DNA of 64,000 nucleotides from Octopus vulgaris (lineage: Eukaryota). Shown piece after piece: positions 1-14,070 of the stretch. The position numbers and the translations under genes were made by a program. The notes beneath the pieces were generated by a model. The model was not told the DNA's origin, did no database searches, and worked only from the letters and a program-made list of their open reading frames with translations. Numbering within the stretch: position 1 is the stretch's first letter; the number at the start of each line of letters is the position of its first letter. Location of the stretch: assembly GCA_951406725.2 (NCBI GenBank), contig OX597814.1, positions 60,016,001 to 60,080,000 on the forward strand. Direction: 5' to 3'.

Positions 1-711
1 CTTGATGATGGTGCAAATTCTAAATTTGAGTGGACATCTATAAAAGGCACGAGTATATTACAGCTAATATGTCTACAAAAGTTTTGTAATTTACCATCTT
101 TAAATTATTCACTCATTTAATTTCGACGCATAAACATAAAAGAAATTTGCTTGATCGATTTCATATATAATTTCTGGTTGTCTGAAATACTTAATATTTA
201 TTTAAATAATTACACAATGAAGAGTAAGACTATCAAGAACAATGTTAATTTCCTTGCTAAATCAAGGCAAATATATAATGATATTAGTGTGCAAAATTAA
301 TCGACTGGAGACAAATGTCAAAGATTGGCTATAATTATGAAAGTGATAAATGTATGACTATCAAAACGAATATTTTGAAGTTTGACACTCGAAAATAATC
401 AAAACTATGTGAATTCTAGCAGAGAGGAAAATATTCGACTAATGAGATCAGACATTGTGATCATTTCTTGGCACATCTACGAATATGTCGACAAATATCC
501 TCTTTCACTTACCTCCTACAATTCAACTCTGACTGAATTCCGCCTTAGAACGAAAGGGAAATGCTGTCAGTTTCTGGCCATTAAACAATGTTAGAACAAA
601 CCTGTTACTAGCTTTTATGAAATGATGACTGACAGTATAAATACACACACACATACACACACACACTCACATATGTATTGATGTATGTATGTACGTATGT
701 ATGAATGTATG

Positions 712-1576
712 TACGAGGGGCTAGAAGAAATTATAACTTTGCAATATTACTGTATTCAGTTAGTTTTACATATTTACGCTTTTATCGCATTCATAGATTC
801 TCCATTTGAAACAATGCATCGATTCAGACACGTTTTCCACAGTTCGAACCAGGGCTGGAATTCTTGCAATGTGATACATTTTAACGCCTCCGTCGTTATT
901 TTCATCTCTTCCACATCTGGAAATTCTGTAGCACCACCTTTCGTCACCAGTGATGACCTTCGAAGAAAGGTCAGGTTCAACTTCCAATTGTTTTGTTTCA
1001 GTTCACGACACACATTCAGTTGTGACTGCTTTTGAACTTCAGTGAGCAAGCGAGACACAAAGTTTGCTACAACACTTTTCATTCAAAATTCCTCATTGAA
1101 ATTCGTCGGTAGGAGCTCCAGGAAACACCAGTCATAATAAGTTAGTCAATTCTTCTGTCCTCTAAGATAAGTTCATGAATTTTCATGATGTTTTCATTCC
1201 TTACGGGAGGTCGATGAACGCCCTGAACGAAGTTGATCTTCAAGTGAGAAGTGACTATTGCTAAAGCGTGAAAACTCCTCGTAAACGGCATCATCCTTGT
1301 AAGCAGTCTGAAGCATTACATCTCTTTCGGTTGCCATTTTTCACAGGAGGAAAGAGAACTTCACAGAAGCACGCTGTTCCTTCAGAAAAATTGACGAACG
1401 GGGAGAAACACTGCAAAAACAAAGACGTATCACGTGGCAGTACGACTATACTCGACGACAACCGTAGGCAGACTGATACCTGAGGGTCGTATCAAGTGGC
1501 TTCTAGCAGCAGAAGCCTGAAATACAGCGGGCTTATGCCACACAGAACGTTTCCAGTTACTTTTGGGTACCTCCTC

Positions 1577-1579
<3 letters not shown>
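712..1579 (-). mobile_element. Mariner (DD34D) DNA transposon, internally deleted and decayed
   Basis: Frameshifted minus-strand peptides: FVSRLLTEVQK (WVPxxL-like linker), KVITGDERWCY (first catalytic D) and C-terminal FELWKTCLNRCIVSNGE. The middle of the catalytic domain is missing. Ends TACGAGGGG... and ...CTCCTCATA resemble degenerate TIRs with TA. Confidence 0.85.

Positions 1580-1627
<48 letters not shown>
1579..1627. repeat. (GT)n microsatellite
   Basis: Direct reading; it separates two mariner relics. Confidence 0.95.
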
Positions 1628-1631
<4 letters not shown>

Positions 1632-2920
1632 GAGTCATCTCATAAATGATGCGGTTTTTAATATTTATTTTATTTTTCAAACTTAAGATAAAATTCTTTT
1701 TTAATCTAAAATATACTCTCCTTCATTTTCTACAGTACTATTCCATCTATCTGGTAGATTTGCAAGGCCCCGCTTCCAAAATTCACTTGACTGTGACGAA
1801 AAATACTCCTCCAGGACTGGTCTGATATCGTTTACAGAATTCATATTTTTCTGTCCAAATGGTTTTGAAGACTGCGGAGTAAACTCAGATGGGGCCAATA
1901 TCCGGTGAATATGGTGGGTGGGGCCTCGTTTCCCCTTCAAACTGCTCCAGTCTTTGGAATGTCATCCCTGCTGTATGTGGCCGAGCTTTATCCTGATAGA
2001 CGGTCGTTTTTCTTCTGGCGCTGACTGAAGCTGCTCAAGCTGCTCGCAGTAGATCTTCTTTGTTATCATTTGGTTTGGGTTTAAGAGTTCAAAGTGGACT
2101 AAACTTTTCATAACCCACCAAACAGATAACAACACTTTACATGGGTGAAGACCTTCTTCTTTAACCTGGGGTACCGGTGTTTTTTTTTTCCTTACTCACT
2201 GTCTTCGGTGCTTGGCATTTTTACAGAGAACCCATTTCTTGTCACCAGTCACTATTCGGTCCAAGAAAGATTCATTCGTGAGGCGTGAAAGCAAAGGAAC
2301 GTATACATTCATTCTCTGTGCGCGATTAGACTCGGAAAGTTTGTGTGGAACCTATTGACACAATTTGCTAACTTTTCCGATGGCACGCAGGTGACGATGA
2401 ATGTTTGAATGACCAAATCCAAATTTTGTCGATGAATGTTTGACTGACCAAATCCAAATTTCTCTGCTAGTTCCTCAACGGTTACAATGGGATTTGGTTC
2501 AACCAAGGTGTGCTGAATATCCTCGTCGAGCTCTACAGATCTTCCAGGACGAGGCTTCTAGGCTGTAGTTTCTGGCTCGAAATTTCCGGAACCACTGTTG
2601 CCACAGGCATATACTTATTGTACAATCCCCATATACTGCATTAATATTCCTCGCACTTTCCTTTGCGTTGTTGCCTTTATTGAACTCAAAGCTAAATATG
2701 CTGAAAATGCTCCCGTGTCACTTCCATTATTAAACTTTGAAAAAAAACTCCTGTTAAAATCGAACTGCACTCTTCAAAACTAGCACTAAGAATAAGTGCA
2801 AGGTAAAATTACTGCCTGCTTTTATAGCAAGGTGATGCATATAGTTTATCCTATCCCCCTCCGACTTTTAGCTCATGTAATTGAAAAAAACTGCATAATT
2901 TATGGGATGATCGAGCGATA
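1628..2920 (-). mobile_element. Mariner transposon, ~1.3 kb near full length, pseudogenised
   Basis: TIRs TCATCTCATAAATGATGCGGTTTT and (revcomp) TCATCCCATAAATTATGCAGTTTT. HTH NPIVTVEELAEKFG, GKVSKLCQ*VPH linker, C-terminal RGLANLPDRWNSTVENEGEYILD. Confidence 0.9.
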
Positions 2921-3317
2921 GAATTAAAACTGAATTGTGTGTGTGACTCTGTGTGTGCACGCGCGTGCATGCTTGCATGCACAGTCCCCTAATGTTCCAA
3001 TGAAAATGTTAATGTATTTCTTAAAGGCATAACATTTCTCAGTTTATGATGGAGACTGTAGAACCTGGAAGGGCGCTGGTTGAAGTTGACCTCCACACGA
3101 TGTGAAGCCTAATGGCATTTATTTCAACAGTGTTGTTTATTCATTGCTCCCTGTAAGTTAGTTTCAATTGAAATAAAGTGGCATATAAATGTTTAAATCA
3201 CATCTGTTTTCTCTACCTTCATCTTACACTGCTAATATGTTTACTGCAATTAGTTATGAACGAAACCTGATTTCAACTCAACAAAGCTTTTATTTCGTCA
3301 CATTATTCATATAAAAA

Positions 3318-3410
3318 AGGTGGCGAGCAGGTAGAATCGTTAGCATGCGAAACAAAATGCTTAGCGGCATTTCGTCTGTCCTTACGTTCTGATTTCATAC
3401 TCCACCGAGA
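3318..3410 (+). mobile_element. SINE family 1, 5' fragment (tRNA-derived head)
   Basis: GGTGGCGAGCAGGTAGAATCGTTAGCA...AAATGCTTAGCGGCATTTCG matches the copies at 17712, 48097 and 51591. Confidence 0.75.
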
Positions 3411-3665
3411 AGAAAATGAGACGAACAAGTTATTCGATTAAGCTACAAGGTGTTACCCAGGCAGTCTATGATTCCAAAACATCTTATAGCAGAAAGAGCT
3501 ATATGCTATCGTAGTTCATAAGATAATTGCCTATTGCTTTGTCATATCATTTTCTTATTACCGTTCTCAACATGATTAACGCTTTGTATTGAAGCATTGT
3601 ATATTGATTTATACCCAATTTTATTAGTATCGCAATGCCTAAGTGAAATGCATGTATATGTATAC

Positions 3666-3846
3666 GGAGAATTCACAAAAAAAAAAAAAGACGAAGACAG
3701 GTAGTGTAGACAACAAATAGATGTATTCGTATAACGCTCAGGAAGTGAAAAAGGTTTTTAACTTTTCGAGCCTACGCTCTTCCACAGAAAGGAACACAGA
3801 AAGAAACAAGGAGAGAAAATAAAGAATGTGTAGTGACTAGCGATCT
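3666..3846 (-). mobile_element. Solo pseudo-LTR of Penelope-like element, family A
   Basis: Reverse complement matches 16371-16567, 23900-24063 and 57875-58063; the last lies at the 3' end of a Penelope RT/GIY-YIG fragment. Confidence 0.8.
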
Positions 3847-4255
3847 GTGTGTGTGTGTATGTGTATGTGTCTTTTGTGCGTATGTATGTATGTATGTATT
3901 TTGAACGTCGTGTGTATTCTTGTATCCTTGAAGACATAAAATGAAGTGGACTCGTATATATATTTCAGTCATATGAATGGTAGCCATAGCTTCATATTTC
4001 CTATAGAAAACGCATTAGAAATATTTAGTTTCACTATCTTACATACATATCATGAAAACACATATTCAAAATGAATCAAGTAACGCAATTAGATTTGTTA
4101 ACCCTTTTATTAACCTGGTAATCAGCTGATCAACCATTTATTAAATGAAAGATAAGCCGACGTTAATTAAACTGGAAGCAAAATTATGCGGATGCACATC
4201 CGAGTTATTGTTGTGACAAAATCTGGTGAGCCATGGTTATAATATTTAGAAGCCT

Positions 4256-4579
4256 GAAGTCGTGTGGCATAGTGGTTTAGGTATGTAGCTCACGATCGTA
4301 TCGTTTTGAATTCGATTCCCGGCGATTCTTGCGTCCTTGGGCAAGACATTTTATTTCACGTTGCTCCAATCCACTCAGTCGGCAAAAAAATGAGTTTTAT
4401 CTGTAATTGAAAGGGCCAGCTTTGACACATTCTGTGTCAAGTTGAATCTCCCTCAAAACTACATTAAGTGTACACGTGTCTGTTGAGTACTCAACCACAT
4501 TCACGTTAATTGCACGTGCAGATTGTTCCGGTGATCCGATCAACAAGAATCATCCTCGTTGTAACCGACGGAGTGCCAG
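4256..4579 (+). mobile_element. SINE family 2 (tRNA head, CORE-like middle)
   Basis: A-box-like TGGCATAGTGG, B-box-like TTCGATTCC, CCTTGGGCAAG core. The 3' tail ...GTAACCGACGGAGTGCCA is shared with the copies at 16642-16964 and 50310-50686. Confidence 0.85.
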
Positions 4580-5794
4580 TTTTAGTTATATTTATTAGCA
4601 GTTCGTTACGTATGAATGAAAACGCAATTTTGATTTAAAGAGAACACGAAGAAATATAGTATTAAATAGAAATATTATAGCAAAACAAATGTGGGAGCCT
4701 TCAGATATAAGGTCTTTCAATTTGCATTTCTCTCTCGTATTTTTCCGTTTCCCTTTTCTCTCGCTCGCTTCTTTTTATATCTTCATCATATCATCTTGCG
4801 CTAAAATTAGATTCTCAACGCTCACGTATGCTAATTCACTTGTTTCATTCTAGTTATCTAACAATTGCGTTTCAATTTTAATTGATATTTTTCAGTGTCA
4901 CTTCGAATTTTAGAATTAGATTTCTAATCATAATTAGCGAATCCTTAATAAAAGAGGAATCTACATCTGGTTTTAACTATAACTTGGACACGCACTCACA
5001 AAATTTTACTTCCCTTTATAATTAAAATTAATTTTTAAAAAGGAACGAAAATGAAGAGAAAAAAACGAGAGTACGACAGGCGAGGAATGAAAAGATGGCA
5101 GTAGGATGAGAGAAATTTAGAGAACAGTGCAGTGAAAAAGCGATAGAGAGAGAAGAGAGATTAAAAGCACAACAGAGAAAGAAGCAGGGAGATGAAATCA
5201 GTTCTGAGAATACTATTGACAATAATAGAGAGGGAAAATACAAAAAAGTGCTATAAAAGATGTGTCAAGTAAAAACAAAGAGAGTGAGAGTGAGAAAAAG
5301 AGATAAAGAGAAGGCCTGGAGACATGAGCGAGGTAAAAACGTTTGCTTTGAATGAAGTAATGAAAAGCCGAAATGGTTCGAGATAGAGAAACTAACTGAA
5401 AACATCAAAGCTTTCAATAAGGAATGAAAATAGGAAGACATTTAAAACTCAAGGATTTAACATTGCTATAGATTTATAGAAGAGCGACAGAGATGGAAAC
5501 CTTACTGTCTCAGCAAACACCAACGCGTGAGGAGAAGAAATGTACCACGAAAAATATTCCAGAGAACCGACATTCTGAGACAGTAAGGACGTACGTAGTA
5601 TTTCATACTAGACCTGTGTTGCCGCAGTGAGTAGAGGATAGTAGACTCTCTACTCTTAAGTAGAGAAGAGACGGTTGGTAAAGAAGAGACGATTAAATCG
5701 AGAACATCTAGATGAAAGTGGAACGAGACAAGCAGACTCCGAACAGTACATTTTTGTATGAGTATAAAGGGTGGGAGACAGAGAGTGTGCGTGA

Positions 5795-5842
5795 ATGAGT
5801 GAGTGAGTGAGTGAGTGAGTGAGTGAGTGAATGAATGAGTGA
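5795..5842. repeat. (GAGT)n/(GAAT)n microsatellite
   Basis: Direct reading. Confidence 0.9.
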
Positions 5843-7364
5843 GGGAGTGATGGAGGAAGGGAGGGACGTAGTAAGAGAGAAGATAATGTCTGTGGGCCAG
5901 AAACTGGAATGCGTTTGGGAATTTCCTGCAGTCAGTCCAGTAATATTTCTCCAGATGTTGTATACGACGTATACCTGTGTAGCAGCAGCGCGGTCCCAGG
6001 ATTGGGCAAGACTACTCGTTTGGAGGTCTCAACTAAGGTCTATACTGAGTTAATGATTGTTATTTTCGCAGTTATTCTTCTTGCTCTGAAATAAATGCTA
6101 GTCATTCAGCTGCAATATTGTTATATGAGAGATAACCTTCTAAGCCAAATATATTTCAGCTCCTTTGCATTTCAGAATTCCATAAAAATAACAAACAATC
6201 TGTTCAGCACAGTTAAATGAACAAAACTAATTTATTCAATTTTATTTTATTTTATTTTAAAATCTATATATACGATGACAGATTTTCTCTCGTAATGAAA
6301 TAGTAAATAGTAAGAGTTATGCATTATGCATGTCTAGTTCTCTATTCAAAGTAATTTACTAATCAGTGATAAGGTTTATTTTTCGACAGAGGAAATATTT
6401 ATCAGTGAACTCAGGAATACATATACCGATAGCACTCCCGTATATTTTCCAGAGCGAAAGGGGTCGTAAACTTAGATACAAGGAGTTTAGAAAAAGGAGC
6501 AGATGTCTCATATTTCAGATGATTTACTGCATTTATATTTGGGACAAGTAAGGAGCAAGATTTCAAAGTATGATGTAACAAACATTCTGCAACCTTAAGC
6601 AAAGCCATACTGCATTGAAAGGAAGTTGGTTTTAATTTCATCTTGTAGTGCCCACACATACAAATATATGCTTACATAAATATATTTACTTAAATATATG
6701 TGGGTACACAAATAGTTACATATACTCATCTATATGTATGTATTGTTTCATATTCAATAGAAAATGAAGGCCTTATACTGCAATAGGCAAGCTATGGTAA
6801 AGGAGATTGATCCAAATATGCATCTAGCATCATATAAGCATTCGCAAGAATTAATAAAACAACATTGTTGAAATAGAATTTTGAAATAACATGTCCCTAA
6901 GAAAGATACAAACTTATATTCTTAAGTTAGTTGTACATCACAGGAAAAACATAATGAAAATTTGTGACATACAAGTCTTCCGCAAGCACTAACAATGTCG
7001 TAGAATTTATTGACCTCAGTTGCTAAAGGAGACCGACTCGTCAGCTAAGGAAGTTTGGAACCAAGAATCACGACCTTTACCACATGTTACACCTAAGGCA
7101 TTTCAAATACTGATAACTAATTTTGACACAAGAGCAGCAGTTTAAGGGAGGGGTCGCTTACAACGTTCCTCGTGCTCGACTCGTACTTATTTTATCGAGC
7201 ACAAAATACAATGTCGACATGGGCGTAATAAGCAATTCAAATCTTAACATGAAACGAAATGTAGTAATAGAGATGATTGAACCAACAGATGTATATTATT
7301 GGTTAAGACTAAGAGTGTGTTGTGTAATCTCGAGTCAGTTCATACTATTTTCACTTTACACTGT

Positions 7365-7945
7365 GTTCATCCTTGTACGATTAATACAAAGCTAAAGTGC
7401 TTCCACATGAACTGTCTGAGAAAGCTGTTGGAAGTCCTCTGAAAAGGCAAAGTCTCAGACATGTAGGTCTTCTGTCGAGCTGATCTTCCAAGTACTTACA
7501 ATCTGCTGAGGAGAGCACATGTGAGGTTGAAAGACCATCTTTTTCGAACGCCTGACCCACGTCTACCCAAAATACAGTAAACTGGCAGAAGGCAAGCGCA
7601 TACAATTTAGGTAGAAGAAAGAGCTTCAAAGATACGCACAAAGGCTCACTGAAGTACTTTCAGATCAACTTCGACACCTGAGAAATGCAGGCACAGGACA
7701 GGCACAGGACCACTCTACCCGACGTAGCTTCTCCAACAGATATACTACCTCCTATGAATAGAATAGTATCGCAGAAGCACAAAGAAAACGTGAGATGTGG
7801 CAATCCAGAGACAACTCCTTGCTTTCCTTCCCACCAGACCACCAGTGCCCGACCCGGGTCAAAACCTTTCGAACTCGCATCGGCCTGATGCAATGTTCTG
7901 TTCATCATCAACTACGACGAATGAACATCATTATTATTATTACTA
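7365..7945 (+). mobile_element. RTE-clade LINE 3' fragment
   Basis: Manual translation with stops: FHMNCLRKLLEV...DPRLPK...KLAEGKR...SFKDTHKGSLKYFQINFDT*EMQAQDR, which is the typical RTE post-RT C-terminus. Short (ATT)n tail. Confidence 0.8.
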
Positions 7946-8289
7946 CGAGTAATATAAGACCATTAGACCATTAGTCTAATGGTCTTATATTAGACCATTA
8001 GTCTAATCAGCTTAAGTACGCTCTAAACTCGGAAAGTAAACAAACGAGTAGAACTCTATATTCAGATTCGTTTTTGCAAGCACATTTCTTCTAATATGTT
8101 CGTATATTTGACATCAATCATGGAGCAATTAAGCCTGAATAATCATGCATTACAATCTTGTGCAGATTCATAATACAAAGTGTTGAAGCAGAAACTTTCA
8201 TTTGTGTGTTGGGCTGTACTTTTGCGTTTTTGTTAATATCTGATAATCACAATCAGACTCGTAGTATAGAATAGCATACACCGCGACAG

Positions 8290-8830
8290 TATCTCGGGTA
8301 AGGGTTCCAGTAATGGCTTGAATTTGTAGTATTCGAATTAGCTTTCTCCTTTCTGGGTTTGAGTAGCCTAATTTTTCAAGATTGGTATTTAGGGAGTGTG
8401 TAACATTTCCCAGGGCTCCAGTAATTACAGGTATAAACTTGTAATCTGGATAGAGTAGCTGTAGATTTCTGAATGGATCAGCGTGGGTATTCTCTTTTTC
8501 ACAGATATTCAGCGTTATATTACATCTGCTTGGCATCTAAATTCCACAACAGTGCACAGTTTCTCTTCCCCATCTCAAATCGTTATATCAGGTATATTGT
8601 GTTTACATTTCATTGAGGCCTTCACTGGGACATTACACTAGCACTCCTTTTTGTTATGAGTGGCTGTGGCTTCTACTATAATGTGGGTCCTTATTTCTTT
8701 GTCCTCGGGGTTATCCTTCGGACGGATTTCATTGCTACAATATCATATGTCATCGGTAGATAATACTATGATGACATTTTCGGAATACTGCTTATGATGT
8801 GGGTGATATCTTCGGTGTTGACTTCACAAA
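8290..8830 (-). mobile_element. R4/Dong-like RLE non-LTR retrotransposon 3' fragment
   Basis: EDITHIIS..PKMS (CCHC region), KHNIPDITI (PD motif), EKENTHADPFRNLQLLYPDYKFIPVITGALG. Confidence 0.8.
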
Positions 8831-9596
8831 GTCTGCATTGGTTATCATATTATACTGCTTTTCCTGCACCTCTGTCTCTTGTTTGGGTGTGTGTGTGTGT
8901 CTCTGTCTCTGTCTGTGTTTTTGTGCGTGTGCGCGTGCATGTGTGTGCGCGCGCACGCGCTTATACAACACTCTTCCACTTTCCTCTTTTTAGCCCTAGT
9001 ATATTCGTAATATATAATTGATAAAATGAATTTGCGTTTTTTGCACGATATACTACATTGTGAATGAAATGAAGCCGTACCTTTTTAGAATGAATGTATA
9101 TTAAAAATGTGATACTATTAGCTTAAAGTTGCTGATTAGCAGACTAAGTGAATTCCATAAACGAGCATTTCTTCTATCTAGGCTATTATTTTCAAATGCT
9201 CTATATTTTTTTTCTTCTTTTCATAATTAATTGTCATATTCCATTTGCAATGCAGCAAGTAATTCTTTATTAACGAACATATTGATTTCAGTTGAATAGC
9301 TTTGATAATAATATTTTCCTAAGAAATATCACGTGATTCAATTGACACCATTTACGGTGGGACGTATTTTGACATAAACGGCCATCACCAAAGAAATAGA
9401 ACGCAAAATAATGATTTTGCATCTCGGGGCATCAAAATCTAATGTTTCTGCTGCCAACTAACATATGTGGTTATGAGTTTAAGACGCTTGTTTTGCTACC
9501 ACCTGGCTCCAAGTTCGAATTCACTGTATGTAACGTTTTGCAGTAGTTTCTACCACATTGTGGAGCTGACTCATACTTGTGTATAATACACACTCA

Positions 9597-9649
9597 TACA
9601 CACACACACATATATATATATATATACATACATACACACATATATATAT

Positions 9650-9746
<97 letters not shown>
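9597..9746. repeat. (CA)n/(TA)n compound microsatellite
   Basis: Direct reading. Confidence 0.95.
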
Positions 9747-9747
<1 letters not shown>

Positions 9748-12700
9748 TAGAATGAAAAATGCAGTCGCAGAATCCTGAGATATTCTTAAGTATTGAACAT
9801 TGAAAAGTACAGAACAAGCAGTAATTAATCCTGGAAAAGTATAGAAATTAAAAACTGCAATAGTAATATATGCCCTTTTATATTTTTCATTCTTACTTAA
9901 AAGTTCAAACCAAAATACTCGAGAAGATATTTATTCTCAATTTTAGTGAAAAAATTAAATGCCTGCAATATTACAGTTTGAAAATTTGATATTACGAATG
10001 TACATATTGAAAAACAGCGCATAATAGCTGTTTAAGCAATTATAACCCCTAGGTTTTGTGAAAAAAAAAAAGAAAAAAATGTGTCATTTCCACATTTCGC
10101 ACTCGATTTCTTCATTAGCTTTCATTTTTTTAAACATTTTTTTTTTCGAACAGAAAATAGAAAATACTGTTGTATCTAATAATGCAAATTTTTAATTAAT
10201 TCTTTTGATTAATTAGTTTTTGTTTCTTTGAAATTTTTACATTAATTTTTACTGTTTTGAATAACATACATACTACATGAGTATAATTTTTAATAACAAT
10301 GTCTGTGATTTAACACTCTTCGATAAAAATTGTGTTAAGGAAATGAAATATTTTAGCTACACAGATATATTTGAATAAAAAAGAAAAACATTGCACCCTC
10401 TATTTCATGGACAATTTCAGATACTTATTTAGCAAATTCTAACTTCAGTAGCAATTTTTTTTCTTTATCAAGTACATTTCCAAGCTTAAATACTGCTTGC
10501 TTTGTACTTATTCCAGGTGCAGTACTTAAGAATATTACCAGTATTTTGCGTCCGTGTTTTCATTCTAGTTCAATTTCCTTTTCCGGGCAACGCTTCTATT
10601 ATAATTTATTATCTTTACATTTATACTTTTAAAAAGGATTCTATGATAATTATTTCTTAAATACAGATTTTGTTCAAACTTAGATGTTTTGCTTGCATCT
10701 AAAAGTAATGAAGAATTAATAGCAGTATATTTGTTACAAATAAATATCTTTTAAACAATTTTTAATATGAAATGATAATCTATTCTAATGAAATAATTAA
10801 ATATTAGATTCTCTTAATGAGTGATTTTCTTTTATTTTGATATGGTTTTAATATGTACATATTTTAATACATAAATAGAAATATATATATTAATACAAAA
10901 TCGCAAAAACTCATAACTTTTTATGATTAAAGCTTTGAGACGGGGATTTCTCCAAAGTATTCCTCTCACTGAATCCTTTCATTTAAATTTAAGTAATATT
11001 TCTCTTAAAAACAAAAATATTTTGATTTCTTAAAATTATCACATTTTTCTCGTCACTTAAAGCCACAGAACTTTGTTGTAGCTTATATTATTTAACGAGG
11101 TTTCCAACATATGATTTTTCTCACGGAATTCTTTCATCTAAAGTAAATTTCAAACGGAGACTACTAACTGTGTGAATATTTTAGAAGCTTGGCTAAATAT
11201 ATTTAGAAACAGGAAAAATGTCGCCAGGAAGCCGATGAAAAGTAACAAACCATGTACACTTCAAGCCCTGGTAAAGCGTTCTGTCACAGTTAACTATGAG
11301 ATCCACAACATCCGACAGCGTCTTTTATAATGCTAAATATCTTGAAATTACAAAAAAAGACTTTTGATTTATTAAAAGGAACACGTATTCTCAGTCACTT
11401 AAAGCCACACAACTAATTTTCAAAATTACCCATATATTTTTATCAAGAGCTGACTATGCATATGTTCTTAATTAAATACTTCACATGTAGTAAATTGTCT
11501 ATATCTTTATACGTTGAGTGCATGTGTACTAAATACAAAATCCCTCTGTGCATTTTTCACTTGATCGAATTCCTCCACTCACTATGTGGTACAGTTTTCT
11601 CTCTCCCTTCCACTCGTTTGCATGGTTTTCTATTTTTAGTGTTTTGTTTCGGTGTGTTATATTTGTATATAGGTTTAAAACGTTTTCTACTAAACATGAT
11701 GCATGAATACACAAATGTGTTGTTGATTATCTTTTTAATCAATGTTTAATAACGCGGAGATTAATATGCATGCAAAAGATCCAAAATTCATCAGCATATC
11801 TATAGTTCCTATTTTCCCATATTTAGAATGAACTGATATTCGTGTGAGTTTCTTAATTCTTTACAATAGGCAACGTTCTATATCTACTGCAGAGATTCCC
11901 TCGAGATTTTGAACTATAAGAATTATAAATATACACTACTAGTCAGGTGTTTGGTGGATAGTAAGTTGCATGTGTGTTCATTTTTGCATTGTGTTATGTT
12001 ATACTTTGATTATTACTGTCATTCTTAAGTACCTATTTTTTTAAAGAATATATTCTGCAAAGCAGAGGAATGTTGTCCACTAATATTTTCTTACCTAGTA
12101 CTGTTGCAAAGAATACTTCATTAAAATTTTCTTAGATACAAATTCATGGTAGACGGTGGAAAACTACCGCATGTGTAATGGGCAATATAACGGTTAGCTT
12201 AGTTTTTGCCTCATATTTCCAATCGAATTTGTAAATACAGCAACAGAATCCTGGAACAAGATAATGGAAAGAAAACATACACAAAAACACAGGATATTGA
12301 ATACTGGAGTTTGAGAAAGATAGCAACAAATCAGCAAACAATATTTATTGAATAATGTACGTGTTCATTTCTTGATAATTCACAAATATTTCTTACAGGG
12401 AGAAGTAGATAGAGAAATACATACGCGCGTACACGCTCAAACACACACAAGCACACACATATATATATGCATGTATGTATATGCACGCGTGTGTGCGTGT
12501 GTGCGTGTGTTTACGCATGTTTGTGTATGTATATTTCTCTATTTATGCGTGTCTGTAAATCTATCTACGGTAACTCTGCTAGCGAAAATTATCCCACATT
12601 CATAAGAAGATAAAATGGTTCACATCTTCCATGTTTCACTCAGCTCATACCTCATTATACTCCTGAATTTCAGTTATAATTTCCACTGAAAGCCAAAACA

Positions 12701-12844
12701 GAGATATGCCCACAGAAGAAAATACTTTATCAAGTCTTGGAAATTATTAAGGATAGAAATTAATATTCCAGATAAACTTCAATATGAACGTATTTGAAAT
12801 AGATATATACACAACATTACTTATCACGAAACCTAAACTAATTC

Positions 12845-14070
12845 TGAGATTGTCAGATAAATTAGTTCAGTTTTGTATCCATTTATTTGAATCCTTGTTT
12901 TTTTGTCAACAATTTTAACATAAATGTCAATACTATATTCTCCTTCATTGCCAGCATTTCACCTATATATCGACGCATTGACATACGAAATCACCAGGTT
13001 TTAACGAGAAGAATTCATGGTGCTAAGTTTCCATTACAACGTCGATGTCAAACGAAATACCTTGCAATCTGCTGGAGACCGATCAAAAGGGGGATAATCC
13101 ACAGGCACTATATCAAGGGATTACGTTGTATGCAGCAAAGCGTCTCAACCGACCACGTGAATTACATTTTTGAACAAATTATTGAGAGCTGGTCGAGCGA
13201 TGTTGCATTGAAGAAATGCGCGTTATAGTCGGTAGGATCGTCTTAGGTGGATTTCCACGAAAACCCGGTGCATTTTGCTAAGCGTGAAGTTCTGCATTGA
13301 CCCTGTAAGTGTTTTTTGTTGCATTTCATAGTGAATTAGCCCTTCCGAAAACTACAAAATGCACATCGTTGTGTTGAATAAATGCAAATGCTCAGTTCGA
13401 AGTGTTGTTTGCTTGACGAGTCTCTATGATTCTTTCCTCTGCTTCAAGTTGACGTAAATACACCATTTTACATCACTAACGACAATGCAGTAAAGAAATA
13501 TGTTTGTGTCCATGAATAGAGAACTGTTGGTCGAGAAAACTAGCGGCGATAGAGGAGTGTTTGAATTTGTCTTTTTGCTCCGAGCTGAACACATGCACTG
13601 AATTTTGAACCTTACCCATTGAGTGAAATTGACGGACGGTGATATCATGAGAGCATCCCATATGCTGGGTCAATTTCCAAGTGGATTGGCACGATATCTC
13701 GTAGCTGAAGTCATTAAATTAATCCTCATTAAACTAAACATGCTGGCTGAAATACGAAGTGTCTCCGAGTTTGAATTTTCTCGCTTTGAAGTGAGAAAAC
13801 CATTACTGCTCACCTCTTTCAGTAATAGCCTTCTCTTTACACAGCACAAGTGTCACTGATGGAATTGACAGCTTTGGAAGCTTGATCGAAAGCAAAGAGA
13901 AGCAAGTGTCAAAACTGCTTATTTTCTTCTTTTTGGCACTCCACTGTCATGTGTCTGAAAAGCAGTAAGATTGTATTCACATTTCGAAAACGTTAAACAA
14001 AAATTGTAGAATAGAGTAATATAATAAAACATAAAACATTTTGATGAAAATACTTTTCGTGCTAATTCAA
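12845..14070 (-). mobile_element. Mariner transposon, old and highly decayed, spanning the whole transposase
   Basis: GCSHDITVRQFHSMGKVQ (HTH), FLYCIVVSDVKWCIYVN (IVTGDEKW-like), EGLIHYE, FLQCNIARP, SLDIVPVDY (SPDLAPxDY-like), NEGEYSID. The ends are approximate. Confidence 0.8.

Noticed and set aside
5760-6094. TATA-like TATAAAG, (GAGT)n and a slightly GC-richer stretch resembling a promoter or first exon
   Set aside because: No supporting ORF or clear donor; such motifs are common by chance.
6519-6547. Possible + strand microexon (tttcag|...DDLLHLYLGQ|gtaagg)
   Set aside because: An isolated 29-nt match with no partner exons or recognisable peptide.
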